Source: Campylobacterota bacterium | GTDB lineage: Bacteria > Campylobacterota_A > Desulfurellia > JAADFJ01 | Assembly: GCA_013152955.1 (NCBI GenBank) | Contig: JAADFJ010000083.1 | Span: forward strand, 1-52,354 | DNA length: 52,354 nt | Direction of reading: 5' to 3' | The notes under the pieces: model-generated | What the model was told of the DNA's origin: nothing | Databases searched by the model: none | Seen by the model: only the letters and a program-made list of their open reading frames with translations | In this document: piece by piece, positions 7,956 to 20,473 of the stretch | Position numbering within the stretch: position 1 is the stretch's first letter | Layout of the letters: each line of letters opens with the position of its first letter | Made by a program: the position numbers and the translations under genes

Positions 7956-8504
7956 CTAATTTTTTGCAATAAGGCTTTCGATGGGCTGATAATTGGTGGG
8001 GTTGTACCAATCTCTTGGTCCTATAACTTTAATGGCAACTATGCCTCTCTTGTCTACAACATAGGTCTCCGGAACCCCGGTTGTTTTATACATCTCCTTC
8101 ACTCTGCCCCTTGTATCCAAAAGAACAGGAAATGACAGGCCGTTATCTTTCATATATTTAATTACAATATCAGGTACGTCTGAAGAATCGATGGAAATAG
8201 CATACATTCTAAATTTGTTAGGGTATTTTTTCATGAGCTTGCTATACATCCATTGCATTGACGCCATCTCTTCTTTGCATGCAGTACACCAGGTTGCCCA
8301 AAAGTTCAGAAAAACAACTTTGCCTCTTTCTTTTGCCAGATCGATTTTTCCTCCACTTAACAGAGGCAAAACAAATGAGGGCGCCTTATCGCCGACCACT
8401 ATAGGCCTGTAATCACTTTTAGAACTGATCACAATATACGCAATTGCAGCTGTTGCAATCAAAGAAATTACAGCAATCTTCACGATAGAATTTCTGTCTG
8501 TCAT
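7956..8504 (-). CDS. TlpA/ResA-family thiol:disulfide oxidoreductase, copy 2 (intact)
   Basis: The start MTDRNSIVKIAV overlaps the ccsA stop (TAATG). It has a TM helix, FWATWCTACKEEM and GVPETYVVDKRGIV... with a full C-terminus. The ORF-track upstream extension overlaps ccsA and is not used. Confidence 0.8.
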   Translation of the reverse strand: MTDRNSIVKIAVISLIATAAIAYIVISSKSDYRPIVVGDKAPSFVLPLLSGGKIDLAKERGKVVFLNFWATWCTACKEEMASMQWMYSKLMKKYPNKFRMYAISIDSSDVPDIVIKYMKDNGLSFPVLLDTRGRVKEMYKTTGVPETYVVDKRGIVAIKVIGPRDWYNPTNYQPIESLIAKN

Positions 8505-9328
8505 TATGCCCTCCCGTAGGAATGAAGCCCCGGGAGAACAAATGAGACTCCCCAATACAGGAATGCCATAGAAAGAAATCCCGCAATCGCCAGAATCGCC
8601 GCCTTTTTGTCCTTCCAGCCTCTTGTTATCCTGGCATGAAGATAAGCGGCATAAATCAACCAGGTAATGAGCGACCATGTTTCTTTAGGATCCCAGCTCC
8701 AGTAGGAACCCCATGTATAATTCGCCCATACTGCACCTGTTGCTATACCCACAGTTAAAAACGGCATTCCCCATGCAATGGATTTATAGCTCAAATTATC
8801 AAGAACCGAAGCATTCGGCAAATATTTTAGCATGAGACCATTATGCCATTCCGATTTTGCAAGATATAAAACAGCCGCTATAAAAGAAATTGCAAAAGCC
8901 GAATAGCCTACAAACATAGTTGCAACATGAATTTCAAGCCAGTATGACTGTAAAGCCGGGTTAAGATTCTCATATACCTTCATTCTGAATGGCAGAAGAT
9001 TTGTTACAAAAAAACTCAGGGAAAGAAAAACGGATAAAAACACTCCAAACATTTTAGTTTTATAACGAAACTCAAGAATAAGATAAATCAAGGCAACAAT
9101 CGCAGAAAAGAATATCATAGATTCATATAAATTGCTAAACGGTGCATGATGAACCTCAACAGTTCTTGCCGTAAGCGTAGCAATATTCGACAAAAAACCT
9201 AAAAAGAATAAAAGCGTAGAATTATACCCTATCCACTCCTTTCTGAACAAAGAGTAGGCGGCATAGGATATGGCGGCAGCCACATAAAATCCGAAGGCAA
9301 CATCAAAGAACATCAGTGAAAATATCAT
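8504..9328 (-). CDS. ccsA: Cytochrome c biogenesis protein CcsA/ResC (System II), copy 2
   Basis: It has the WGSYWSWDPKETW motif and is collinear with copy 1. An ATGA overlap joins it to ccsB copy 2. Confidence 0.88.
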   Translation of the reverse strand: MIFSLMFFDVAFGFYVAAAISYAAYSLFRKEWIGYNSTLLFFLGFLSNIATLTARTVEVHHAPFSNLYESMIFFSAIVALIYLILEFRYKTKMFGVFLSVFLSLSFFVTNLLPFRMKVYENLNPALQSYWLEIHVATMFVGYSAFAISFIAAVLYLAKSEWHNGLMLKYLPNASVLDNLSYKSIAWGMPFLTVGIATGAVWANYTWGSYWSWDPKETWSLITWLIYAAYLHARITRGWKDKKAAILAIAGFLSMAFLYWGVSFVLPGLHSYGRA

Positions 9329-10665
9329 TTTTCCTCCACCTTTTTAAGCGTATTGCAAATTTTCTTAAACTCTTTGGCAAAAAGATCTTTTTGTTTATAT
9401 GAAACGCCCGCAATTAAAAGAGATTTCTCTTCATCGTCAACGGTTATATAGATTCTTCTGTAATACATAAAAAACGACATAATAAATCCTATCACCATTA
9501 TCACAGATCCAAACCAAATCCAATTTGCACCCGGATTCTTTGCATACTGCAAACCGGTGTAATAGATAGGGGTAATTGAGGACACAATAACTGCATCCTT
9601 ACCTCCAAAACTTTTCAGTGTAAAGCCTGGGTATTTAAGAAATTCCCAAATAAACGGAGGGGTTGCTTTTGGGCCTTTGACCTGAAGTCTTACCGCCGGA
9701 TTATTATATTCAAGTGATTTTGAGGTAACATACCCCTTTTTGGCGTCAAAATAAAAATCAGGCACAAAATCAACAATTTTTATATCATACGGCCCTATAG
9801 TGCGCCACTTGTTCCATTGAGCAACTACAGGTTCCCCTACGACATTTTTCTTTTGCCTGTCATAAAGAACCATAACTGCTTCTTTTATTTTATCATACGA
9901 TTTCCCGTATCCGGCCTGAAAAAATCGCATACCGGCATAATCCATAGGATGATTGACATCTATTGTTTGAGTATGCACAACCTTGTTGTTTTTTATAATA
10001 GATAGTTTGCTGTTATACTGTTTAATGCTTCCATCAGGCCAGTAATTCATCCAAAACCTGTCAACCTTTATGGAAGCATTAATTTCGGGAACCGGTTCGG
10101 TATCTCCGGAATCAATGGCTATATAATTTTTATATCCATAAATCGCCCCTAACAGCGCTCCAAGCAAAACAATCAGTATGGACAGATGCACCACAACTGC
10201 GCCAAATCTGCTTATCACGCCTTTATGCGCAAATAACGACCCATCCTCAAGAGTATAGATTTTATAGTGATAAGATTTTAATACGGTTGAGGATTTTTCT
10301 ATGGCAATATCTTTATCTTTTATTAGAACGTTATCATTGATCTTGGAATTATGATGAAACTTCTTCGGCAGAGCAACGCTCTTAATCATGACCGGAAGTT
10401 TCGATAATGTAGCATATATAAGATTTACAATAAGAAGAGACGTAGGAATAATCATCCAGAGTGATCCGAATATTTTGTCGATTGACAATTTTACAATCCA
10501 TCCAGCTGTTGCCGACCCATATAAATCATAGTAATATTGAACAGGTTTTCCCTGCTCAACAAGCGTTCCAGCTATAGCAACGAGCACTATTACAAGAAGA
10601 AGAAAAATTCCCAACTTTGTTGACGAAAACAGATTTTTTATAAACTTAACTATATTTAGCAGCAT
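9325..10665 (-). CDS. ccsB: Cytochrome c biogenesis protein CcsB/ResB (System II), copy 2
   Basis: The 446-aa protein is collinear with 1975..3330, for example in FSS.K/RLGI..LL, HKGV.SRFG and NPGAN.IWFGS. Confidence 0.82.
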   Translation of the reverse strand: MLLNIVKFIKNLFSSTKLGIFLLLVIVLVAIAGTLVEQGKPVQYYYDLYGSATAGWIVKLSIDKIFGSLWMIIPTSLLIVNLIYATLSKLPVMIKSVALPKKFHHNSKINDNVLIKDKDIAIEKSSTVLKSYHYKIYTLEDGSLFAHKGVISRFGAVVVHLSILIVLLGALLGAIYGYKNYIAIDSGDTEPVPEINASIKVDRFWMNYWPDGSIKQYNSKLSIIKNNKVVHTQTIDVNHPMDYAGMRFFQAGYGKSYDKIKEAVMVLYDRQKKNVVGEPVVAQWNKWRTIGPYDIKIVDFVPDFYFDAKKGYVTSKSLEYNNPAVRLQVKGPKATPPFIWEFLKYPGFTLKSFGGKDAVIVSSITPIYYTGLQYAKNPGANWIWFGSVIMVIGFIMSFFMYYRRIYITVDDEEKSLLIAGVSYKQKDLFAKEFKKICNTLKKVEEK

Positions 10666-10678
10666 TCTATCAGTTGTC

Positions 10679-11527
10679 CTACTTAATCTGCTCTAAATAA
10701 CGTCTTGCAGCAAGACCTACAGCCGTTTGAGGACCCAGCTTAATAGCATGCCTAAATGCTGCAGCAGCTTTATCGGTATCTGCGTCTTTTTCAATAAATC
10801 CGTAGGTAAGCCAAATCTGCTGACTTGCCGGTACTTTTTTTGCAACATCGGAAATTATTTTTGCAGCTTGATCTGTTTTTCCGGCATAAAAAAAAGCCAG
10901 AGCAAGATCATTGGCAGCTATAATGTTTTTTGGGTCTTGCATATATGCAAGTTTATAATAAACAGAAGCATCTATAAACTCATTTTTATTGAAATACCAC
11001 TCACCAAGCTTAAAATAATCACCGGGGTTAAATTCGGGCGAAAGGTATGCCGGCATGGTACCATTGGCCATTCTCATAGGTTCTCTGCCTGCTATACGAG
11101 TATGAACATACAGAATTGCTTTCCATCGGTCTTTATATGAAAGTGATTTTTTAAACGACGGCATTGCCGTTCCTGATTTTCCTCGCGTAACAAACCAAAT
11201 ATAATCGGCATTTACATGATGGAGTCCATGCATCGCAAGAGGATGATCTGTTTTATAGCCTCGCTGACCATGACACGATGCGCAATTTCTTTGAAATATT
11301 ATTTTTCCTTCATCAATAGTTTTTTCCGTAACTTTAAACGGCGGCTCAATTCCTGCAAATTCCCATGCAGCACGTTTAATTGGCACAGGATCATCTTTTG
11401 TAGGCACACTCATAGAAAGCGAGGAAACAATCTTGCTCCTTTTAAATTCTATCACCAGAATCACTATCGAAATGATTATCAAAACACCGACTATTTTAAT
11501 GAAAAAAGTCGTCCTCTTTTTTTTCAT
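10679..11527 (-). CDS. Membrane-anchored mono-haem c-type cytochrome fused to a TPR domain
   Basis: It has an N-terminal TM helix and one CXXCH motif (CASCHG). The C-terminal half is made of TPR-like repeats (LGEWYFNKNEFIDASVYYKLAYMQDP..., LALAFFYAGKTDQA...). It is the first gene of the ccs copy-2 operon. Confidence 0.75.
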   Translation of the reverse strand: MKKKRTTFFIKIVGVLIIISIVILVIEFKRSKIVSSLSMSVPTKDDPVPIKRAAWEFAGIEPPFKVTEKTIDEGKIIFQRNCASCHGQRGYKTDHPLAMHGLHHVNADYIWFVTRGKSGTAMPSFKKSLSYKDRWKAILYVHTRIAGREPMRMANGTMPAYLSPEFNPGDYFKLGEWYFNKNEFIDASVYYKLAYMQDPKNIIAANDLALAFFYAGKTDQAAKIISDVAKKVPASQQIWLTYGFIEKDADTDKAAAAFRHAIKLGPQTAVGLAARRYLEQIK

Positions 11528-11627
11528 AACACTGCTCCTTAAATAACAAAACCGCTATAGATAATATAAAAACCCCTCTTTGTTTACAAGGAGAATACTT
11601 AGCAAATTTCATTCTAAAAATGGTAAT

Positions 11628-11888
11628 GAGATCGCTGTACAATAAACGCTTCCACAGAAGCCGAATAAATAGCAAGATTCAGAAATTAAAATCTGATGGA
11701 CTAACCGGTTAGTTTGAAAACTTTTATTTCCTGAAGATTGCCGGTTATTCGGCTTTCCTGCGGGCAATATGAGCTTTCCCATATGCTTATGCTAAACTTC
11801 TTTGATTAATCGATTAATCCTGCAGAAGTTTGCCTTGCCTGTGAAAAAGCTGATATTGCTGTGAAAGTGCTTATTGTGCAGTGGTCTC
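11628..11888 (-). mobile_element. MITE-like element, copy c
   Basis: Termini are GAGATCGCTGTACAATAAAC ... CTTATTGTGCAGTGGTCTC. Its reverse complement aligns along its whole length with copy e and with partial copy f. No ORF. Confidence 0.85.
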
Positions 11889-11966
11889 ATAATTGAATAA
11901 TAACAGTATAGTTCTGTTCGTCAACAAAAACTATTTAAATAATTGCGCAAAAAATAGTCGACAGAA

Positions 11967-11993
11967 TTGTCGATATACGGGAAATTTTGTCGA
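11967..11993 (+). repeat. Two TTGTCGA direct repeats spaced 20 bp (related GTCGACA at 11958)
   Basis: TTGTCGA occurs at 11967-11973 and 11987-11993. This is the counterpart of 3760/3780 upstream of the other ccs operon. Confidence 0.35.
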
Positions 11994-12005
11994 ATAATAT
12001 ATTGA

Positions 12006-12028
12006 GGCCGCTGCGCAATAAACAGCGC
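12006..12028 (+). repeat. Orphan terminus of the element family
   Basis: GGCCGCTGCGCAATAAACAGCGC matches the L-end consensus (compare d: AAGACCGCTGCGCAGTAAAC). Confidence 0.45.
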
Positions 12029-12250
12029 ATTAATTAAATGGAGGCTCTATTTATCCATGAACAACTATCCTGAGTCTTATTGTCTTTCTTTTTTATGTGT
12101 AATCTGCTCTGCTCATGCTATTTTTTAAATCAGACCATCCTTTGTGCCAGGTTAAATTATAACTGCCAAAATCTGATCTCACTTTTGGTCATCAGGAAAA
12201 GCAGCAAAGGAAAGAATATCTAAGATTGCCGCGTCACGCTCAAGATTAAT

Positions 12251-12274
12251 GATACCGCTGTACAATAAGACAAC
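12251..12274 (+). repeat. Orphan terminus of the element family, directly after the TolC-like stop codon
   Basis: GATACCGCTGTACAATAAGACAAC; compare c: GAGATCGCTGTACAATAAAC. Confidence 0.45.
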
Positions 12275-12276
12275 TT

Positions 12277-13608
12277 TTATTTGACGCCTACCTGGCGCTT
12301 CAAAAGAGACAGGTTAATAAAATAATCATACAGCGCTTCATAATAATGAGCTTTTGCGCTGACAAGATAACCTTCTGCATCAAGAAGTTCCGTTGATGTC
12401 GTTATTCCGTTTTTATACCTTAAATTGGTAATTCTAAAATTTTCCCTTGCTTGAATCACTTCAGCCTTCGCCGATTTAAGATTGTTGTAGGACAGTTTAG
12501 TATTCAGGAATGCTTTCTCCACTCCAAGAGCTATTTTATTGCTGATATCTTTTTCTATAAATGCAACAGAAATCTGTTGACTTCTGTACATATCAATTTC
12601 ATCGGCAGTTTTTCCCCAATTAAACAGCTCCCAGTTTACCTGAATACCTATCGACGCATTGCGATAAGGGTAAAATGTTATATTCTCATTTTTCGACACA
12701 TCAAAATGGTTGCCTTCTCTGTTGTAATTTGCTTTTATACCTATTTGCGGATAGTAACTGCTTGCCGCTATCTTTTGAGCATATCTCAGTTTTGTAATCT
12801 TGTGCCTTATTTCTGATAGAACAGGCCTATACCGTCTTGCATAGGTTTCGAGTTTTTTTTCGGTAGCTAAATCGAAAGATCCTCTCAGTTTACCTATTTT
12901 AAAATTTCTGCTTAATTTATCGGCAACGTCAACTAAATCAAGCTTACTTTCAAAATTTCTGCCCAAAAGTCTGTTCAAATTGCTTTTTGCCAACAAAACG
13001 GAATTTTCCGCCGATTCCATGGCTTGAACAGCTGAAAGCTCAGCAGTTTTAGATTTAAGAAGATCGTTTTTTGGAATGACACCTGCCTTATAAAATTTTT
13101 CCGCATCTTTCAAATGGGCATTTAGCGATCTTACTCGTGCCTGCATAACGTTTTTCATTTTCTCCGCAAAAAGCACCCCGTAATAACTTTTAGATACGTT
13201 ATATATAAGATCCAGAGCGGCTTCTTTCTTTTTAAGTTTCTTTATATCAATTCCTATTTTCTCCAGTTTATATGTATAAGAAAGTTTAAATCCAGTAAAA
13301 ATCGGCATCTGCAGGTTCAGATCCCATCTAAAATTATTATGATGATTCATATAAGCAACAAACGGCTTCTGACCAACCGAACTTCTGGTTTTCATCCTCG
13401 TATAACCGTAGCTCGTAGAAAGACTTGGATAGTTGAGTTTAAATACCGATTTTGCCTTATATTGCTGGGCGGCAATGGCAGCATCCGATGATTTTAAAAC
13501 ATCACTATTTAATACAGCCATTTTAACGGCTTCGGATAGACTCATTGAGTAAGCATTTCCAACCAGTAAAATAATCGCGACAAACAAAAATCTATGTAGT
13601 ATTTTCAT
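12277..13608 (-). CDS. TolC-family outer-membrane efflux protein
   Basis: The 443-aa protein has a signal peptide and the two-repeat coiled-coil/beta-barrel pattern typical of OEP/TolC proteins. Confidence 0.7.
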   Translation of the reverse strand: MKILHRFLFVAIILLVGNAYSMSLSEAVKMAVLNSDVLKSSDAAIAAQQYKAKSVFKLNYPSLSTSYGYTRMKTRSSVGQKPFVAYMNHHNNFRWDLNLQMPIFTGFKLSYTYKLEKIGIDIKKLKKKEAALDLIYNVSKSYYGVLFAEKMKNVMQARVRSLNAHLKDAEKFYKAGVIPKNDLLKSKTAELSAVQAMESAENSVLLAKSNLNRLLGRNFESKLDLVDVADKLSRNFKIGKLRGSFDLATEKKLETYARRYRPVLSEIRHKITKLRYAQKIAASSYYPQIGIKANYNREGNHFDVSKNENITFYPYRNASIGIQVNWELFNWGKTADEIDMYRSQQISVAFIEKDISNKIALGVEKAFLNTKLSYNNLKSAKAEVIQARENFRITNLRYKNGITTSTELLDAEGYLVSAKAHYYEALYDYFINLSLLKRQVGVK

Positions 13609-14613
13609 TTATTTCTCCCTAAAAATGCTTCTATCTGCAATTTTGATAAGCAGTTCCTTTTCATAACAATCTTTTATATCTTCAAGTAGACTATCAGCTT
13701 TTTTAATATAGCTTAAACAGACCGATTTGGCAAGAGCTATTCCATCATTTTTTATAACCCAGCTTTCTATTTTTTGAATATTCTCCTTCTTGTCCCACAA
13801 TCTCTTCATATTGCTCCGTTCCTGTGGTTCTGAACGAGTCCGGGCAGCAATAAGCGGCATTGTAGCTTTGCCTTCTGCAAGATCACTGAGAACAGGTTTG
13901 CCAAGCATGGTGCTGCTGCCGATATAGTCAAGAATATCATCTGTAATTTGAAAACTGTATCCCAAATATCTTCCAAATCGAGATAAAGCTCTTAAATCAG
14001 AAACATTATTTCCCAATATTGATCCAATTTTTATCGCACACTCAAACATTACAGCTGTTTTGTTATAAATAATCCTAATATAATCGGAAAATGAGAGAGA
14101 GAAATTTCCGCTTAACCGTGTTTCCTCCATCTGACCTTCAGCCAAATGCGATGCTGCAATACTAATAATCTCAGGAATCGGCTTTTCAAATTCAAGAGCA
14201 ATTCTATATGCAAGCGAATATAGATAATCTCCGGTCAAAATTGCAATATTATTTCCATTCTCGCAACTTACTGTTTTCTTGCCGCGTCGCATATCGGCAT
14301 TATCCATAACATCATCATGCATCAATGATGCAATATGAATAAGTTCAATAACGAAACCAAGCCTCTTTATCTTTTTTTTATTATTATATCCTGTCATGGA
14401 TGCCGCAAGATAGAGAAGAATCGGACGCAGTCTTTTGCCTCCGGACAAAACTTTTAAGGCTACCTTTTTGGCATACATACCTGTTAAAAGAAACTTGTCA
14501 TCTTTTATAAGTTCGACAAAATCATTATCAAAATCCAACTTAAAAGATTTAAGAAATGCTAAATCTTTGATGCTAAGTTTCAAGCTTTGCGACTGAAACA
14601 ATATTGTCTTCAT
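13609..14613 (-). CDS. Polyprenyl diphosphate synthase (trans-IPPS family)
   Basis: It has GGKRLRP, a first Asp-rich motif [15 protein letters not shown] and a second, ITDDILD. The start is uncertain, since the annotated ATG overlaps the gyrA 3' end by 41 nt. Confidence 0.8.
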   Translation of the reverse strand: MKTILFQSQSLKLSIKDLAFLKSFKLDFDNDFVELIKDDKFLLTGMYAKKVALKVLSGGKRLRPILLYLAASMTGYNNKKKIKRLGFVIELIHIASLMHDDVMDNADMRRGKKTVSCENGNNIAILTGDYLYSLAYRIALEFEKPIPEIISIAASHLAEGQMEETRLSGNFSLSFSDYIRIIYNKTAVMFECAIKIGSILGNNVSDLRALSRFGRYLGYSFQITDDILDYIGSSTMLGKPVLSDLAEGKATMPLIAARTRSEPQERSNMKRLWDKKENIQKIESWVIKNDGIALAKSVCLSYIKKADSLLEDIKDCYEKELLIKIADRSIFREK

Positions 14614-17029
14614 CCCTTAAGGTTATAATCTTTACGCCTTTAGCGGTTCTACCCATAACTCTAACGTTAGTTACATCAAATTGAAGCGAATAACCCTCCT
14701 GAGTAACGATAAGTATATGATCGCTCTCCTTAACCGCAAGCGCACCTACAAGACTGTCCTTGCCTGTCATTTTTATCCCGATAACACCCATACCGCCTCT
14801 GTTGGTTTCTCTCAGTTTGGAAATCGCAACTCTTTTGCCTATTCCCTTTTTGGTCACCAGAAGTATAGAGGTATTATCATTATCTCCTGCCGCCAAGGCT
14901 GAAATTATTTCGTCGTTCTCTCTTAAACGAATGCCTGTAACACCGGCTGTAACCCGTCCCATAGCACGGAGTTGATCTACGGAAAATTTTGATACCTGGC
15001 CTCTTTTTGTAGCAATAATTAATTTATCTTCCTGATCTGAAACAATAATATCATTCAGACTGTCTGAATTATTCATCTTAAACGCTGTAACGCCATTGAG
15101 TCGCACAGACTTATATTTTTCAATCAGGGTGCGTTTTATCTTGCCTTTTTTGCTCGCAAAGACAAAAGATCCTTTCGCTTCCTCAAGCTTTCTTGAAACC
15201 GCAGCAACAGTTTTTATGCTGTCATTACCTGTTATTCTTATGAGCGTATTTACCGGTTTGCCTCTGGCAGAAAGCCCTCCTTCGGGAACCTGATAGACCG
15301 GTATGGAAAATACTTTTCCTCCGAAACTAAAAAGATAAAGCTTATCAAGATTGTTCGCACTTATAACCTTGACTATATAGTCATTTTCTTTTAGTGAAGC
15401 GGCTTTTTTTCCTTTACCGCCGCGATACTGATCATGATAGTCTGCGTGACTGGTCCGTCTTATATAACCGTCATTGGACAAAATAATTGTCATATCCTCA
15501 GGCTTTATAAGTTTGGTTATGTCAAAATCCGACTCCTCTTCTTTAATCTCGGTTTTTCGTTTGTCTGAATATTTTGCAATAATACGTTCGGATTCTTCAA
15601 TAATAATTTGGTATATTCTTTCCGGATCCTCAAGGATATCTCTGTAATCTGCAATCTGACCCGTCAATTTATCAAGCGCTTCCGCTATATTATCTCTTTC
15701 CAGTTTCGCTAATTTAGACAACTTCATATCAAGAATGGCTTGAGATTGAATCATATCAATTTTCAGTTCATTGCAAAGCTCAATTTTGGCTTCTTTTGAG
15801 TTCTTGCTTTTTTTTATAATAGCAATCACCTGATCAATATTATCAATCGCAACCTTAAGCGCTCTCAGTATATGCGCTTCCTGCTCGGCTTTATTAAGAA
15901 GAAACATCGTTCTTCTCTTAATCACAACGATTCTCTCATCTATAAAACGATTCAGAAATTTATAAAGAGTAAAAATCTTTGGCTGAAGATGATCGGTTGC
16001 AAGAAAAATCATAGAAATCGTTACTTCCAGTGCCGTATATTTGTAAAGCTGATTTAAAATAACCTCAGGATAACCGCCCTTTTTTACCGATATTACAACC
16101 CTTATTCCTCTCCTGTCCGATTCGTCTTTTATATCGGTAATACCATCAACACGCTTCTCTCTTACAAGTCTTGCAATATCAGCCACAAGATTTGCCTTAT
16201 TTACCTGATATGGTATCTCTGTGACAACAATATGTTTTGTATTTTTTACAGATTCAACATGAGCGACAGATCTAACTCTTATTTTGCCTCGACCTGTCAG
16301 ATATGCTCTTCTTATTCCTTCTGTCCCTATTATAGATCCTCCGGTCGGAAAATCCGGCCCGCTGATAATAGAAAGAAGGTTTTCATTTATTTCATTAATA
16401 TCGGATAAATGACGATTTTTTATCAGCCATATGGCCGCTTCAAGCACCTCACCCATATTATGAGGAGGAATAGATGTAGCCATTCCAACGGCAATACCGG
16501 ACGATCCGTTAATAAGCAGATTTGGAAATGGTGCCGGTAAAAGCTCCGGTTCGCTTAAGCTTTCGTCATAATTAGGACGAAAATCAACAACATCTTTATC
16601 AAGATCGCTTAGCATTTCTCCGGCCAATACAGATAGTTTAGCTTCGGTATATCTCATTGCAGCCGGAGAATCTCCATCTACCGAACCAAAGTTTCCCTGG
16701 CCTTCAATAAGTCTGTAATGCATGGAAAACGGTTGAGCCATTCTAACCAGAGCATCATAAACGGCACTATCGCCATGTGGGTGATATTTACCTATTACAT
16801 CACCGACTATACGAGCTGATTTTTTTGAAGGTTTATTGTGAGAAAGACCTAGCTCAAGCATAGAATAGAGAATTCTTCTATGAACCGGTTTTAATCCGTC
16901 GGCAACGCTCGGCAGTGCTCTTCCGATAATAACACTCATGGCATAATCAATATAGGAAGATTTCATACGTTTCTGCAAACTTACAGCTTCTATAGCTCCG
17001 CCCATCAATGTTCTTTGTTTATCACTCAT
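14573..17029 (-). CDS. gyrA: DNA gyrase subunit A
   Basis: It has [11 protein letters not shown], the AAMRYTE active-site Tyr region and C-terminal beta-pinwheel repeats. It lies downstream of gyrB. Confidence 0.95.
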   Translation of the reverse strand: MSDKQRTLMGGAIEAVSLQKRMKSSYIDYAMSVIIGRALPSVADGLKPVHRRILYSMLELGLSHNKPSKKSARIVGDVIGKYHPHGDSAVYDALVRMAQPFSMHYRLIEGQGNFGSVDGDSPAAMRYTEAKLSVLAGEMLSDLDKDVVDFRPNYDESLSEPELLPAPFPNLLINGSSGIAVGMATSIPPHNMGEVLEAAIWLIKNRHLSDINEINENLLSIISGPDFPTGGSIIGTEGIRRAYLTGRGKIRVRSVAHVESVKNTKHIVVTEIPYQVNKANLVADIARLVREKRVDGITDIKDESDRRGIRVVISVKKGGYPEVILNQLYKYTALEVTISMIFLATDHLQPKIFTLYKFLNRFIDERIVVIKRRTMFLLNKAEQEAHILRALKVAIDNIDQVIAIIKKSKNSKEAKIELCNELKIDMIQSQAILDMKLSKLAKLERDNIAEALDKLTGQIADYRDILEDPERIYQIIIEESERIIAKYSDKRKTEIKEEESDFDITKLIKPEDMTIILSNDGYIRRTSHADYHDQYRGGKGKKAASLKENDYIVKVISANNLDKLYLFSFGGKVFSIPVYQVPEGGLSARGKPVNTLIRITGNDSIKTVAAVSRKLEEAKGSFVFASKKGKIKRTLIEKYKSVRLNGVTAFKMNNSDSLNDIIVSDQEDKLIIATKRGQVSKFSVDQLRAMGRVTAGVTGIRLRENDEIISALAAGDNDNTSILLVTKKGIGKRVAISKLRETNRGGMGVIGIKMTGKDSLVGALAVKESDHILIVTQEGYSLQFDVTNVRVMGRTAKGVKIITLRDEDNIVSVAKLET

Positions 17030-17035
17030 AATATC

Positions 17036-19393
<2,358 letters not shown>

Positions 19394-20473
19394 TTAATTA
19401 ATAGGCATTTGAATGTATTTTAATGTATATTCAATATCATTAGGAATGAATTGTACCGGATTGTCATCAGAGTCACAGAATAAATCTATCTTATGATCTG
19501 CAACAGTTGAAAGATATTCAACAAGCATTTTTCCGTTAAGCTTAAGTTTTCTATTCTCTGTACTTTTTATCTTTATCATTTCTTTTGCAAATTCTCCTTC
19601 TTCGTTTGACGATTCTATTGATAAATTTTCACCATCGAAATTAAAAATCACACTGTGATTACCTTTTTCTGTTACAAATAAAACCTTTTTAATTGCTTTT
19701 GATAATTTATCTGCTTCGATTGTTGCCAATTTTTCATTTTCGGTATTTTGTATAATATTTTTATAGTCAGGGAAATGACCATTTATCAGGCGACTGAATA
19801 ACTTTATATTTCCGCTTTCTACTATCAAATAATCGCTTGTGACTCCTATTTTTATCTGTTCTTCATCAACAGGCATTCCAAGTAATTCCAATAGAAATTG
19901 TTTTGGTATTATTATATTAATTTCTTTTTCCATTTTTGTTGTTTGATCGTTGAAATAAGATAGTCTAAAAGAGTTTGTAGCGCAAAAAGATAGTCCTTCG
20001 TTGTTGATAACAAGATTTATTCCTTCGTATTCAGGCTTAAATGATTTTTTTGCTGTAGCGAACAATACTTTTTCTAAAGCTTTATGCAATGTTTCTTTAT
20101 TCAGGATAATGTTTGCTTCAGGAATATCGTTAAACAGATCGGGGAATAAATTGTGATCGTATGTTTTTATCTGGGATATATAAGATCCGGCTGAAATTTT
20201 AATATTATTATTAACAAAATCAAGATTTATCTTCTGATCGTCTATGAGATAAAGAATGTTGTATAATCTGTTTGCCGAAGTACATATGGTTTTTTCATCA
20301 TCAGTTGTAATAGGTACCGTTATTTTTGCTCCTATTTTTGTGTCCGTAGTAAAAAGTGTAGTAGAGTTGTTTTTAATATCTATAAAAACAGATTCCAGTA
20401 CATTTGTTCGTTTGTCTGTAAACCTGATAAGATATTTTAATGCATTTTCAAATATGTATTTTTCAATTAACAT
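19394..20473 (-). CDS. dnaN: DNA polymerase III beta sliding clamp
   Basis: The 359-aa protein has a three-domain clamp-like sequence and lies between dnaA and gyrB. Only 3 nt separate it from gyrB, so there is no recF. Confidence 0.85.
   Translation of the reverse strand: MLIEKYIFENALKYLIRFTDKRTNVLESVFIDIKNNSTTLFTTDTKIGAKITVPITTDDEKTICTSANRLYNILYLIDDQKINLDFVNNNIKISAGSYISQIKTYDHNLFPDLFNDIPEANIILNKETLHKALEKVLFATAKKSFKPEYEGINLVINNEGLSFCATNSFRLSYFNDQTTKMEKEINIIIPKQFLLELLGMPVDEEQIKIGVTSDYLIVESGNIKLFSRLINGHFPDYKNIIQNTENEKLATIEADKLSKAIKKVLFVTEKGNHSVIFNFDGENLSIESSNEEGEFAKEMIKIKSTENRKLKLNGKMLVEYLSTVADHKIDLFCDSDDNPVQFIPNDIEYTLKYIQMPIN

Noticed and set aside
7506-8010. ORFs 7506..7826, 7658..7840 and 7711..8010 as possible cargo genes of the long element
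   Set aside because: They overlap one another on both strands and lack an RBS. They cross the element boundary into flanking DNA, and the translations have no recognisable domain or plausible composition.
12057-12128. 23-aa Cys-rich mini-ORF (MNNYPESYCLSFLCVICSAHAIF)
   Set aside because: It has no RBS, sits in a repeat-rich spacer, and cannot be supported without conservation data.
3368-12274. CRISPR array hypothesis for the recurring ~20-nt CTGCACAATAAAC motif
   Set aside because: The occurrences are in inverted pairs at irregular distances of 50-400 bp, the intervening sequences are homologous to each other, and no cas genes are present.
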